From Nannocystis sp. (GTDB lineage: Bacteria > Myxococcota_A > Polyangia > Nannocystales > Nannocystaceae): 64,000 bases of DNA. The DNA is taken from assembly GCF_016717175.1 (NCBI RefSeq), contig NZ_JADKFZ010000004.1; one strand, written 5' to 3'. Position 1 is the stretch's first letter, and every line of letters begins with the position of its first letter. Position numbers and translations under genes: made by a program. The notes under the pieces were generated by a model that was not told where the DNA came from, did not search any database, and worked only from the letters and a program-made list of their open reading frames with translations. Positions 49,561 through 58,942 of the stretch are shown here, piece after piece.

Positions 49561-50020
49561 GGTTATCCGACCTGCCGGTGCTGTGACCAGAGGCGCGCCG
49601 AAAGTCGAGGCGGGGTGGGGCGCGGGGGCGGGTCGTGGGGTGCAGGCCGGGCTGTCGGGGCGGGTCCTGGGCCAGGAGCAATTGCTGGCCAGGCGCGGCG
49701 TTGCTGGCCATGGCGGGGCGCGGGGCGATTTAGCGCATGATGAACGGTCGCGGGTGCGGGAGTTGCCGGGCCGGGGGCCGCGTCGGATCGGGCCGGGACC
49801 GGAGCCAGACCTCCGGACCTCGCCGCGTCGACGAGCCGGGCGCGGCGGGTGTCGGGGCCGGGCCTTTTGGACATGTTCCTTTGGACATGTCCCTTGGCGC
49901 AGGCCGTGGCGCGTGGCGACGCGCGTGTGTCCAGAGCGGCGGGCCGACGCGCGGCGGCGTGGCTTGACCGGGGTCGGCGGTCTGGCTACGAAGGATCGGT
50001 TTTTGGCGGGAGGTGCTGCG

Positions 50021-51346
50021 ATGGGCGTGCGTCATTGGTCGGTGTTGGTGTCCCTCACGGTGGGCAGCGCGGGGCTGCTGGTGGCGCATCCGTTGCTCGC
50101 TGCGCCGCAGCTCAAGAAGACGACGCCGCAGGTCGCAGTGCAGCCCGCGCGCAAGCTGGAACCGGCGCCGGGGACCGGGGGCGGGCGCTTCGTCACGTTG
50201 CCGCAAGCGGGCGGCCCGGTGGTGCGAGACAACCAGACCGGGCGCATGTGGCTGCGGGCGCCGGCGACCAGCAAGTACGGGTTCGCGGCGGCGAAGGCCG
50301 CGTGCGATGCGAAGGTTGTCGGGGGCCACGACGACTGGCGGCTGCCTCGCATCGAGGAGCTCAAGGGTTTGCTGTCCGGACCGGTGGAGGCGCCGCTGCC
50401 GGCGGGGCACCCGTTCACCGTGACCGGGACGTACTGGTCGTCGACCGAGACCTCGGACACAGGGGCGCTGCAGATCCTGGTCTTCAACGGCAACATGTTC
50501 CACGACATGAAGACCAGCGAGCTCGGGGCGTGGTGCGTGCGTGGCGGGGGCGACACCTCGTACCCGAACAGCAACCCGCGCTTCCACGTGATCGGGGCGG
50601 ATGTCGAGGACGCGCAGACAGGGCGGCTGTGGAAGCGGCAGCCGACCGGGATCGGTGGCTGGCACGCGGCCCGGATCGAGTGCCGGGCGCACGGGGCGGG
50701 CTGGCGGCTGCCGACGATCGCCGAGCTGACGGGGCTGCTCGACATGAACGCGGCGGAGACCAAGCTACCGGCGGGGCACCCGTTCCTCAACGCGTGGGCG
50801 CCCTATGATCAGCGGCAGATGTGGTCGAACGACTCGAGCAGCATCAGCGCCGCGGCGACGCTGCGCTTCGCGGACGGCGTGGTCGGGGGGGCCGACAAGG
50901 CGGCGTCCGACGGGATGAGTCGCTGCATCAAGATGGACCTCGGCGCGGCCTGGCCGGTCGGTCCGGTGGGTCGCTTCGCGCTGCGCCTCGGCGACGCGGC
51001 GGTGCTCGACCAGGAGACGCGGCTGCTGTGGGAGCGCGCGCCGGCGGCGAGCGGCGTGCAGTACCCCGACGCGGCGGCGGCGTGCGCGGGCAAGTCGATC
51101 GCCGGGGTCGGCGGGTGGCGGCTGCCGACGCTCGTCGAGATCACGACGCTGATCGACTACAACATCTCGAGCGGGGCCAAGCTGCCGGCGGGGCACCCCT
51201 TCGTCGGCATCGTCACGGGCGACTACTGGACGACCACGCCGCACACCTCGGACATGAAGACGCTGGACCTCGGCAACGGGCTGCCGGGGCACATGTCGCA
51301 GATGGGCGGGCACCTCTACGGCTGGTGCGTGCGCGCCGAGCCGTGA
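50021..51346 (+). CDS. secreted protein with three DUF1566 (Lcl C-terminal-like) repeats
   Basis: Signal peptide, then three repeats of D..TGL.W.R...........A...C......GGWRLPT..EL..L....KLPAGHPF....YWSST. Confidence 0.75.
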   Translation: MGVRHWSVLVSLTVGSAGLLVAHPLLAAPQLKKTTPQVAVQPARKLEPAPGTGGGRFVTLPQAGGPVVRDNQTGRMWLRAPATSKYGFAAAKAACDAKVVGGHDDWRLPRIEELKGLLSGPVEAPLPAGHPFTVTGTYWSSTETSDTGALQILVFNGNMFHDMKTSELGAWCVRGGGDTSYPNSNPRFHVIGADVEDAQTGRLWKRQPTGIGGWHAARIECRAHGAGWRLPTIAELTGLLDMNAAETKLPAGHPFLNAWAPYDQRQMWSNDSSSISAAATLRFADGVVGGADKAASDGMSRCIKMDLGAAWPVGPVGRFALRLGDAAVLDQETRLLWERAPAASGVQYPDAAAACAGKSIAGVGGWRLPTLVEITTLIDYNISSGAKLPAGHPFVGIVTGDYWTTTPHTSDMKTLDLGNGLPGHMSQMGGHLYGWCVRAEP

Positions 51347-51406
51347 CGGCTGGTGCGTGCGCGCCGGGCCGTGCGCGCCGAGCCGTGACGGTCCTTGTGC
51401 GGGGGC

Positions 51407-52270
51407 TCAGCGCGGGCGCTCGGCGTCGCGGAGGGCGTGGCCGAGGCTGAGCAGCAGCATGTACTCACGGGCGTCGCGCAGGGTCTGTTCGTCGCCGCTG
51501 CTGAGGGTGTGGCGGACGCCGTCGGACTCGAAGGCGACGGCGGGCCGGCCCTGGACCTGGCCGAGCCAGTAGCTGCGGCCGCGGTACTCGTGGGCGCGGC
51601 TCGGCCCGGGCTGCTCGGCGCCGGCGGGCCCCCTGGCGGGCCCCCTGGCGGGCTGATGGCGATCGAGCACCAGGCGGGCGCCGACGCGGCGCTTGACGAT
51701 GACGGAGCGGGCCTCGCCGAGCTCGGGGTTGTCCCCCGGGAGGGCCGCGCCGACCAGGCGCACGCCGGCGGCGGGGCGTTCGCCCGGAGCTTCGGCGCCG
51801 ACGATCAGCGGGGCGGCGGTCGCCACGGTGCTCGCGGCGGTGGCGACGGTCGGGCTGGCCTCGAGGACATGTCTCTCGGTTCCTGTCCGCGTGACCAGGA
51901 AGAGGGCGAGGGCGGTGGCGCCGGCGGGGACCATGACGGCGGCGCCGCGGAGGAAGCTGCGCAGGCGGGCGGCGAGGCCCGGGCGGAGCTCGCCGGCGGG
52001 GCGGAGCTCGGCCTCGGCGGCGTGCTCGCGGTCGACGGCGTCGAGCTCGAGCAGGACGCGGGCCTGCAGCGCCTGCGGGGCTGGCTCTCGGGACATGTCC
52101 CGGAGGACCTGGCGGACGGTTCGTTGCTCGTCGACCATGTCCCGAAGGACAGGATCTTCGGCGAGCACGGCCTCGACCCGGGCGCGCTCGGCGGGCCCGA
52201 GCTCGTCGTCGACGAAGGGCTGGATGAGGGCGATGAGGCTGTCGCTGGCGGACTTGGCTTCGGGGCTCAT
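51407..52270 (-). CDS. anti-sigma factor (single TM) cognate to the upstream ECF sigma
   Basis: ATG overlaps the sigma stop (ATGA). Short cytoplasmic N-domain, one TM (AAVMVPAGATALALFLVT), periplasmic C-domain. Confidence 0.6.
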   Translation of the reverse strand: MSPEAKSASDSLIALIQPFVDDELGPAERARVEAVLAEDPVLRDMVDEQRTVRQVLRDMSREPAPQALQARVLLELDAVDREHAAEAELRPAGELRPGLAARLRSFLRGAAVMVPAGATALALFLVTRTGTERHVLEASPTVATAASTVATAAPLIVGAEAPGERPAAGVRLVGAALPGDNPELGEARSVIVKRRVGARLVLDRHQPARGPARGPAGAEQPGPSRAHEYRGRSYWLGQVQGRPAVAFESDGVRHTLSSGDEQTLRDAREYMLLLSLGHALRDAERPR

Positions 52271-52917
52271 GCTTGACCTCGCTTGCGGTACGCGGCGAGC
52301 GACACGGGCGGCTCGGCCTTTGCCTCCACGACCAGGCCGGCCTCGACGGCGGCGGGGTAGAGGAGGGTGTGGAGCTGGCGGCGGCCGCGGTAGATGCGGC
52401 TCATGACGGTGCCGATCGGGCACTCCATGACCTCGGCGATCTCCTTGTAGGAGAGGCCCTCGATGTCGGCGAGGGCGACGGCCATGCGGTAGTCCGGGGG
52501 GAGCTGCTGGAGGGCGGCGTCGATGCGCTCGCGGGTGCCGAGGCGGCCGAGGGCCTGCTCCGGGGTGAGCATGTGGGCGGGGGCGGGGCCGCAGGCGCCG
52601 TCGTCGGCGGCGCTCTCGTGGTGGACGGCGAGCGCACCGTTGGCGATGCGGTCGCGGTTGGCGGTGTGATAGCGGGTGATGAAGGTGTTGCGCACGATGG
52701 TGAAGAGCCACGAGCGGACGCTCGTGCCGGGCTTGAAGCTGGCCCAGAAGCGGTAGGCGCGGACCATGACGTCCTGCGCGAGATCTTCGGCCTCGGCCCG
52801 GCTCCGGGTCAGGCGGAGGGCCATGCCGAAGACGCGGTCCAGCTGGGGGAGGACCGTGTCCTCGAAGGCGCGACGAGCAGCGGCGTCCATGCGGGGGTCG
52901 GAACCGGAGGGGGTCAT
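52267..52917 (-). CDS. ECF-family RNA polymerase sigma factor
   Basis: Region 2 (AEDLAQDVMVRAYRFW...RSWLFTIVRN) and region 4 HTH (LSYKEIAEVMECPIGTVMSRIYRGR). An alternative start is the second in-frame ATG (MDAAARRAFED...). Confidence 0.85.
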   Translation of the reverse strand: MTPSGSDPRMDAAARRAFEDTVLPQLDRVFGMALRLTRSRAEAEDLAQDVMVRAYRFWASFKPGTSVRSWLFTIVRNTFITRYHTANRDRIANGALAVHHESAADDGACGPAPAHMLTPEQALGRLGTRERIDAALQQLPPDYRMAVALADIEGLSYKEIAEVMECPIGTVMSRIYRGRRQLHTLLYPAAVEAGLVVEAKAEPPVSLAAYRKRGQA

Positions 52918-53035
52918 GGGCTATTCCCGTGCGCTTTCTCGTGTTCCTCGAGCGGTGTCGGAGCGGGGGTGGAGCGGCGGTCCGCGGGGGCAGGCGCGCC
53001 ATCACGGGGTCCGGGGCGAGTATGTTCTCGCCGCG

Positions 53036-54490
53036 ATGACCACGCGACCGTCCGTCACGGAGCCCGAGGCAACATACACGAGCCCGCTCGGCCAGCGCTA
53101 CGCCACGCCGGCGATGCTGGCCAACTTCTCGGACCGGCGCCGGGTGCTGCTGTGGCGCGACCTGTGGATCGCGCTCGCGGAGGCCGAGCGGGGGCTCGGG
53201 CTGCCGATCTCGGCGGCGCAGGTCGAGGCGCTGCGGGCCGCTCGCGAGCAGATCGACATGGGCCGGGTCGCCGAGCTCGAGGCCCGCCTGCGCCACGACG
53301 TGATGGCGCACGTGCACCACTTCGGCGAGGTGGCGGGGGCGGACGCGGCGAAGATCATCCACCTCGGGGCGACCAGCTGCTTCGTCACCGACAACGCGGA
53401 GCTGGTGATGATCCGGGCCGGGCTCGAGCTGGTGATGGACCGGCTGGTGGCGGCGCTCGAGCGGCTGGCGGAGTTCGCCCGGGCCCAGCGCGAGCAGCCC
53501 TGCCTGGCCTTCACGCACTTCCAGCCGGCCCAGCTGACGACGGTCGGGAAGCGGGCCTGCCTGTGGGCGCAGGACCTGGGCCTCGACCTCGAGACGATCG
53601 CGGCGCTGTGCGAGCGCCTGCCGCTGCGCGGGGTGAAGGGGACGACGGGGACGCAGGCGTCGTTCCTCGGGCTGTTCGCGGGCGACCACGCGAAGGTCCG
53701 CGAGCTCGATCGACGGGTCTGCGCGGCGATGGGGTTCGCGGGGTCGATCGCGGTGAGCGGGCAGACCTACACGCGCAAGCTCGACACCTGGGTGGTGTCG
53801 GCGCTGGCCGACGTGTGCGGCTCGGCGGCCAAGCTGGCGACCGACCTGCGCCTGCTGGCGCACAAGCGGGAGGTCGACGAGCCCTTCGAGGCGCACCAGG
53901 TCGGGTCGTCGGCGATGGCGTACAAGCGCAACCCGATGCGCAGCGAACGGATCTGCAGCCTGGCGCGCTTCGTCCACTCGCTGGCGAGCAGCCCGCGCGA
54001 GACGCACGCGAATCAGTGGTTCGAGCGCACGCTCGACGACAGCGCGAACCGGCGGCTGGTGATCACGGAGGCGTTCCTGGCGACCGACGCGGTGCTGAAC
54101 CTGGTGGTCGACGTGTGCGGCGGGCTGATCGTCCACCCGGCGGTGATCGCCGCCAACATGCGCGACGAGCTGCCGTTCATGGCGACCGAGGACGTGATCA
54201 TGCGCGGGACGGCGGCGGGGGCGAGCCGGCAGGCGCTGCACGAGGCGGTGCGCACGGCCAGCCTGGCGGCGGTGGCCGGCATGAAGGAGGGAGCGGGCAA
54301 CGACCTGGTCGCGCGCATGCTGGCCGACCCGGAGCTGGCGCCGCACGTGAACCCGGGGGCGATCGACCCGCGGCGCTACGTCGGGCGCGCGCCGGAGCAG
54401 GTCGACGAATTTCTCGGCGAGACGCTGGGGCCGCTGCTGGCCGCACACGCGCAGCGTCGCGGTCGCTTCGTGCCGGGGGTGCGGGTCTAG
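53036..54490 (+). CDS. purB: adenylosuccinate lyase
   Basis: Fumarate-lyase signature GSSAMAYKRNP. Length and N-terminal YATPAM...W match PurB. Confidence 0.9.
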   Translation: MTTRPSVTEPEATYTSPLGQRYATPAMLANFSDRRRVLLWRDLWIALAEAERGLGLPISAAQVEALRAAREQIDMGRVAELEARLRHDVMAHVHHFGEVAGADAAKIIHLGATSCFVTDNAELVMIRAGLELVMDRLVAALERLAEFARAQREQPCLAFTHFQPAQLTTVGKRACLWAQDLGLDLETIAALCERLPLRGVKGTTGTQASFLGLFAGDHAKVRELDRRVCAAMGFAGSIAVSGQTYTRKLDTWVVSALADVCGSAAKLATDLRLLAHKREVDEPFEAHQVGSSAMAYKRNPMRSERICSLARFVHSLASSPRETHANQWFERTLDDSANRRLVITEAFLATDAVLNLVVDVCGGLIVHPAVIAANMRDELPFMATEDVIMRGTAAGASRQALHEAVRTASLAAVAGMKEGAGNDLVARMLADPELAPHVNPGAIDPRRYVGRAPEQVDEFLGETLGPLLAAHAQRRGRFVPGVRV

Positions 54491-54554
54491 CAGCCCGGCG
54501 TTCGCGGGCTCGCGGCGGGAGAAAAAAGCGACGCTCGCCGGTTGATTCGCGCGC

Positions 54555-54824
<270 letters not shown>

Positions 54825-54839
<15 letters not shown>

Positions 54840-54905
54840 GGCTGTCCGAGGGGACAGGTTGCGGCCGGCGTGCTTGATGTGAGGCTGTCCGAGCGGACAG
54901 GTCAG
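54825..54905. repeat. ~45-bp tandem duplication (2 copies) carrying GTCCGAG(G/C)GGACAGGT, between convergent genes
   Basis: cctgatgtgaggctgtccgaggggacaggttgcggccggcgtgcttgatgtgaggctgtccgagcggacaggtcagcgg read directly. Confidence 0.7.
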
Positions 54906-55804
54906 CGGCGACGACGGAGCAGGAGGGCGAGCGGGAGCAGGAGGGCGAGCGAGGCGGGCTCGCCGGGGCTGCCGTTGCAGCCGCAGCCGCTGCTGCGCTC
55001 GGGGTCGGTGTTGATGCAGTCGCAGTCGCTGCAGTCGGGCGGGCGCAGGTCGAGGCCCGAGGCCTGCTCGAGCCAGCACAGGCCGCCGATCGGCGCGGCG
55101 TAGAAGCCGCCCTTGCCGCAGGTGTAGCCGCGCGAGGTGACGCCGGCGAGCACGTACTCGCCGCTGGCGAGCTTGGCGAAGGCGGGGCCGCCGGAGTCGC
55201 CCTGGCACGAGTCGAGGCCCATGCCGCCGGCCTGGAACTCGAGGCCGGAGCCGCTGAACTTGGTGATCGGGACGTCGACCTGGCGCTTGATGCCGGTGAT
55301 GTCGCCCTCGTTGAGGCCGTAGCCGACGACGGTGACCTTGTTGTCGACGGCCATGAGCTCGTCCCACTCGTCCTGGTCGGCGATCGGGCGCGGGAACTCG
55401 AGGATGTCGGACTGCGGCTTGGTGAGCACGAGGAAGCCGTAGTCGTGGATGTCCTCCTTGCAGCTCTTCGCGCCGCAGAACTCGGGGTCGAAGCCGATGG
55501 CGGCGACCTTGTAGACCGGGACCGGGAAGTTGACGTCGTCGCCGCGGCGGACGGTGATGCTGCTGAGCGAGGGCTCGGACTCGAGGCAGTGGGCGGCGGT
55601 GAGGACGATGGTCGGGCTGACGAGGGTGCCGGTGCACAGCGAGCTGCCGAGGGTGATGGCGACGACCGCCGGCCAGGCGCCCGGCTCGACGACCTGGCCG
55701 CCGTAGATCGGGACGGGCGGCGGTGGGACGGCGGTGAGGGTGCCCGTGGGGGTGGCGAGGGCGATCACGGCGGCGAGCCCGGAGAGCAGCATGGCGGCCA
55801 GCAT
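54902..55804 (-). CDS. trypsin-like (S1 family) serine protease with MYXO-CTERM tail
   Basis: Signal peptide, TAAHC (His), GDSGGP (Ser). C-terminal GCGCNGSPGEPASLALLLPLALLLRRRR. Confidence 0.8.
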   Translation of the reverse strand: MLAAMLLSGLAAVIALATPTGTLTAVPPPPVPIYGGQVVEPGAWPAVVAITLGSSLCTGTLVSPTIVLTAAHCLESEPSLSSITVRRGDDVNFPVPVYKVAAIGFDPEFCGAKSCKEDIHDYGFLVLTKPQSDILEFPRPIADQDEWDELMAVDNKVTVVGYGLNEGDITGIKRQVDVPITKFSGSGLEFQAGGMGLDSCQGDSGGPAFAKLASGEYVLAGVTSRGYTCGKGGFYAAPIGGLCWLEQASGLDLRPPDCSDCDCINTDPERSSGCGCNGSPGEPASLALLLPLALLLRRRR

Positions 55805-55849
55805 ACCGTGTTCACCGTGGGGCCGCGGTGAGCGATGCTGCGCCCGTGA

Positions 55850-57232
55850 TCACAGGCTGGCGGCGGGGAGGTCGACGATCGGGCCGAGGTCGAGGTCGGC
55901 GAGCGGGGCGTCGACGAGGGACGGGTCGCCGACGACGACGATCTGGAGGTCGTCGAGGGCGAAGTGGCTGCGCAGCGAGCGGGTGACCGCGGCGGCGTCG
56001 CAGGGTGGGGGGCGAGCGTTCGGGAGCGCGTGCCAGTGGGCGCGGGCGAGGCTCTGCAGCTGGTCGGCGTCGGTCTGGCGGCGGTACAGCTGCTCCAGGG
56101 CCTCGTGGACGCAGACGCGGGCGACGAGCCCGGGAGCGAGGCCCTGGCGGCGCAGGCGGGCGAGGGTGTCGGCGATGACGCCGAGGCTGCGGCCGACGGC
56201 GGCGGCGTCGACCTGGGTGACGATGCGGAGCAGGCCCGGGCCGCGGGCGGGCTCGCGGCTCACTTCGACGCCGTAGGTCGCGGCCATGTCGTCGCGCAGG
56301 CGCTCGCCGAGGGCGCTCTGCACGATGTCGGCGGCGACCTGGGTGGCGAGGTCGTCGTCGGCGATCGCGGCGGCGCGGCCGAGCACGACGACGGCCTGGG
56401 CGAGGCCCGGGCGGGCGATGCGGTGGATGGCGCGGCGCGGGGCGGGCGCGAGGGCGGGGAGCCCCTGCGGGTCGGCGGGGCCGCTCCAGCCGGCGAGTCC
56501 GGGGGCGGCGGCGGCGACGAGGGCCTGCGGGTCGGCGTCGCCGGCGACGACGATCGTCAGCGCGGCGGGGCCGAGGCTGCGCTGGCCGTGCTCGCGGACC
56601 TGCTCCAAGGACCATGTCCCGGAGGACAGCTCGCTGGTCGCGTGGGGGTGGCCGGGCGGGAGGCTGACGCGGCGCAGGCCGGCGAGCGCGAGGGTTGTTG
56701 GGTCGTCGCGGGCGCGGGCCCGGGCGGCGGCGAGTTCGGCGGTGATGTCGGCCAACTCGGCGGCCAGCTCGGCGGCGTCGCCGGGCTGGTCGAGCGGGCG
56801 GCGGATCGCAGCGAGGAGGGCGCGCAGCGCCGCGGGGGCGTGCTCGGCGGGGACCTCGGTGGCGAGCAGGGCGCCCGAGCTGCTGATGTGCAGCTGCGGC
56901 GCGCCGCCGAGGTCGGCGAGGGCGGCGGCGAGGCTGCCCTCGCGCTCGTCGTGGCCGCGCAGGAGGCCGAGCAGGAGGGCGCTGAGGCCCGGGCGATCGG
57001 GCGGGTCGCTGGCGTGGCCGAGGCGGAGCGACAGGCCGAGGGCGACGCTGCGCGGGCCGGCGCCGGGGCGCGTGATCGGGGTGAAGTGCAGCGGCACGTC
57101 GGCGACGACGAGGCGACGGGTGGCGGGCGCGGGCGGGAGCGCGGGCGCGGGCGGGGCCGGCGGCGGCGTGCGCCGCCAGACCGAGCAGGCGAGGGTGGCG
57201 GCGGCGAGGGTGAGGACGAGGGCGCGAGACAT
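55850..57232 (-). CDS. M16-family (insulinase-like) peptidase, non-catalytic/beta-type subunit
   Basis: Signal MSRALVLTLAAATLAC. M16 fold-like length and conserved C-domain features. No HxxEH motif. Confidence 0.75.
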   Translation of the reverse strand: MSRALVLTLAAATLACSVWRRTPPPAPPAPALPPAPATRRLVVADVPLHFTPITRPGAGPRSVALGLSLRLGHASDPPDRPGLSALLLGLLRGHDEREGSLAAALADLGGAPQLHISSSGALLATEVPAEHAPAALRALLAAIRRPLDQPGDAAELAAELADITAELAAARARARDDPTTLALAGLRRVSLPPGHPHATSELSSGTWSLEQVREHGQRSLGPAALTIVVAGDADPQALVAAAAPGLAGWSGPADPQGLPALAPAPRRAIHRIARPGLAQAVVVLGRAAAIADDDLATQVAADIVQSALGERLRDDMAATYGVEVSREPARGPGLLRIVTQVDAAAVGRSLGVIADTLARLRRQGLAPGLVARVCVHEALEQLYRRQTDADQLQSLARAHWHALPNARPPPCDAAAVTRSLRSHFALDDLQIVVVGDPSLVDAPLADLDLGPIVDLPAASL

Positions 57233-57382
57233 GGCGCGGGGGACAGGTGCGAGGAGACAGGTGCGAAGGGACAGGTTGGAAGGGACAGGTGGGATGGCCG
57301 CGGGGACAGGTGCGAAGGGACAGGTGGGGATGGCCGAAGGGACAGGTGGGAGGGGACCGGTGGGGATGGCCGAAGGGACAGC
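57233..57382. repeat. intergenic tandem array of ~14-25-bp units built on GGGACAGGTG (about 9 copies)
   Basis: ggggacaggtgcgaggagacaggtgcgaagggacaggttggaagggacaggtgggatggccgcggggacaggtgcgaagggacaggtggggatggccgaagggacaggtgggaggggaccggtggggatggccgaagggacagctcaggtgg. Lies directly upstream of the ATG at 57232, between the two M16 genes. Confidence 0.9.
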
Positions 57383-58723
57383 TCAGGTGGGTGGGGTGGC
57401 GAGGATGATGGCGCGGCGCGGGGCGGCGAGGAGGGTCCTGGCGGCGGCGGCGACGTCGGCGGGGGTGACGGCGAGCCACTGGGCGAGGTCGTGCTCGAGG
57501 CGGTCGGGGTCGCCGAATGCGGCGGCGTAGCCAGACAGGAGGCTGGCGCGGGTGAGCAGGTCCTGGGGGGCGCGGCGCAGGCGCTGGGCGAGGCGCAGGC
57601 GGGCGCGGCGGAGCTCGGGCTCGGCGAGCTCGCCGGCGGCGACGCGGGCGAGCACGCCGTCGATCGCGGCGAGCAGGCGGGCCCCGTCGCTGCCGGGCGG
57701 GCCGATCAGCTCGATGACGGCGACCGACTGCTGCGGCTGGCTGAACTGCTCGGCGCCCAGGGCGGCGACGAGGGCGGCGTCGGGGCCGGCGAGGCGGCGG
57801 AAGGCGCCGGCGTGGAGGGCCGCGAACAGGACGTCGAGGGCGGCGTCGCCGTCGGCGTGCAGGCCCGGGCTGGCCCAGCCGCACAGGGCGCTCGGCGGGC
57901 CGCCGGTGGCGACGCGCTCGTGCTGCGGGCCGTCGGCGGGGAGCGGCGGGAGCGGGCGCGGGCGCCTGTCCCGGGGGACAGGTGAGCCGGGGATGCTGGC
58001 GAAGTAGCGGTCGATCTGGGCGCGGGTGTCTTGCGGGAGGTCGCCGACGATCGTGAGGGTGGCGTTGCTCGGGGTGTAGTGGGCGGCGAGGAAGGCGTCG
58101 ACGTCGGCGGGGCGGATCGCGGCGATCGCCGCGTGCGGGCCGATGACGGTGTGGTGGTAGGGGTGCTCGGGCGGGAAGAGGCGGGCGAACAGGCGCTCGA
58201 TGCGGGCGCCGCGGGGGTCGGTCTCGCGTCGCTGGCGGCGCTCCTGGGCGACGATCGCCTGCACCGAGGCGAGGGTGTGGGCGCCGGTGCTGCCGCGCAG
58301 GTAGCCCATGCGGTCGGCCTCGAGCCACAGCACGGTGGCGAGGCCGGCCTGCGGGGCGAGGGTGTAGTACTCGCTGCTGTGGAGGTCGGTCTCGGCGTTG
58401 TCGTGGTGGATGAAGGCGCGGGCGCGGGCGCGTTCGCGGGCCTCGGCGTCGATGTGGCGCGAGCCCGCGAACATGAGGTGCTCGACGACGTGGGCGAGGC
58501 CGCGGCGCTGCGGCGGATCGTCGACGGCGCCGACGTGGTAGCGCAGGTGCACGGCGACGAGCGGGAGCCGGGCGTCGCGGCGGAGGATGACCTCGAGGCC
58601 GTTGGCGAGGTGGTAGTGCGCGTCGCCGGGGGCGCGGGCGGAGCTCGGGGTCGCGGGGGCGAGGTCCGGTGCCGCGGGCGCGAGGGCCAGCCAGGCGGGC
58701 AGCAGGGCGGCGAGGATGCGCAC
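57383..58723 (-). CDS. M16-family zinc peptidase (catalytic, HxxEH)
   Basis: Signal (V)RILAALLPAWLALAPAAP. Inverted zinc-binding motif HVVEHLMF...E. GTG start at 58721-58723. The upstream extension of track ORF 57383..60163 is low-complexity. Confidence 0.8.
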   Translation of the reverse strand: MRILAALLPAWLALAPAAPDLAPATPSSARAPGDAHYHLANGLEVILRRDARLPLVAVHLRYHVGAVDDPPQRRGLAHVVEHLMFAGSRHIDAEARERARARAFIHHDNAETDLHSSEYYTLAPQAGLATVLWLEADRMGYLRGSTGAHTLASVQAIVAQERRQRRETDPRGARIERLFARLFPPEHPYHHTVIGPHAAIAAIRPADVDAFLAAHYTPSNATLTIVGDLPQDTRAQIDRYFASIPGSPVPRDRRPRPLPPLPADGPQHERVATGGPPSALCGWASPGLHADGDAALDVLFAALHAGAFRRLAGPDAALVAALGAEQFSQPQQSVAVIELIGPPGSDGARLLAAIDGVLARVAAGELAEPELRRARLRLAQRLRRAPQDLLTRASLLSGYAAAFGDPDRLEHDLAQWLAVTPADVAAAARTLLAAPRRAIILATPPT

Positions 58724-58942
58724 GAATTGACCATGGGGCGACGACGTCGCGGGGGTCAAGGGCAGGGCCGGTCGCGGTCCGATCGGGTGGGCGCGAAGCG
58801 GGGCGCGCAGGGACGGCGGAGCGTGAAAGGCGGCGCACACTCGGGCCGGGGCGGGCCTGGGATCCGTACGGGGCGGGCGGCGCCGCGGTCGTGAAGGCCG
58901 GCGGAGAAATCTGGTAATGCTCGGGCCGCCGCGGAGCCTCGC

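Noticed and set aside
57233-57382. CRISPR array interpretation of the GGGACAGGT arrays (also 9960-10200, 25720-25875)
   Set aside because: Units are 14-45 bp, irregular and essentially identical to each other with no unique spacers. There are no cas genes in the window, and several arrays lie in frame inside genes.
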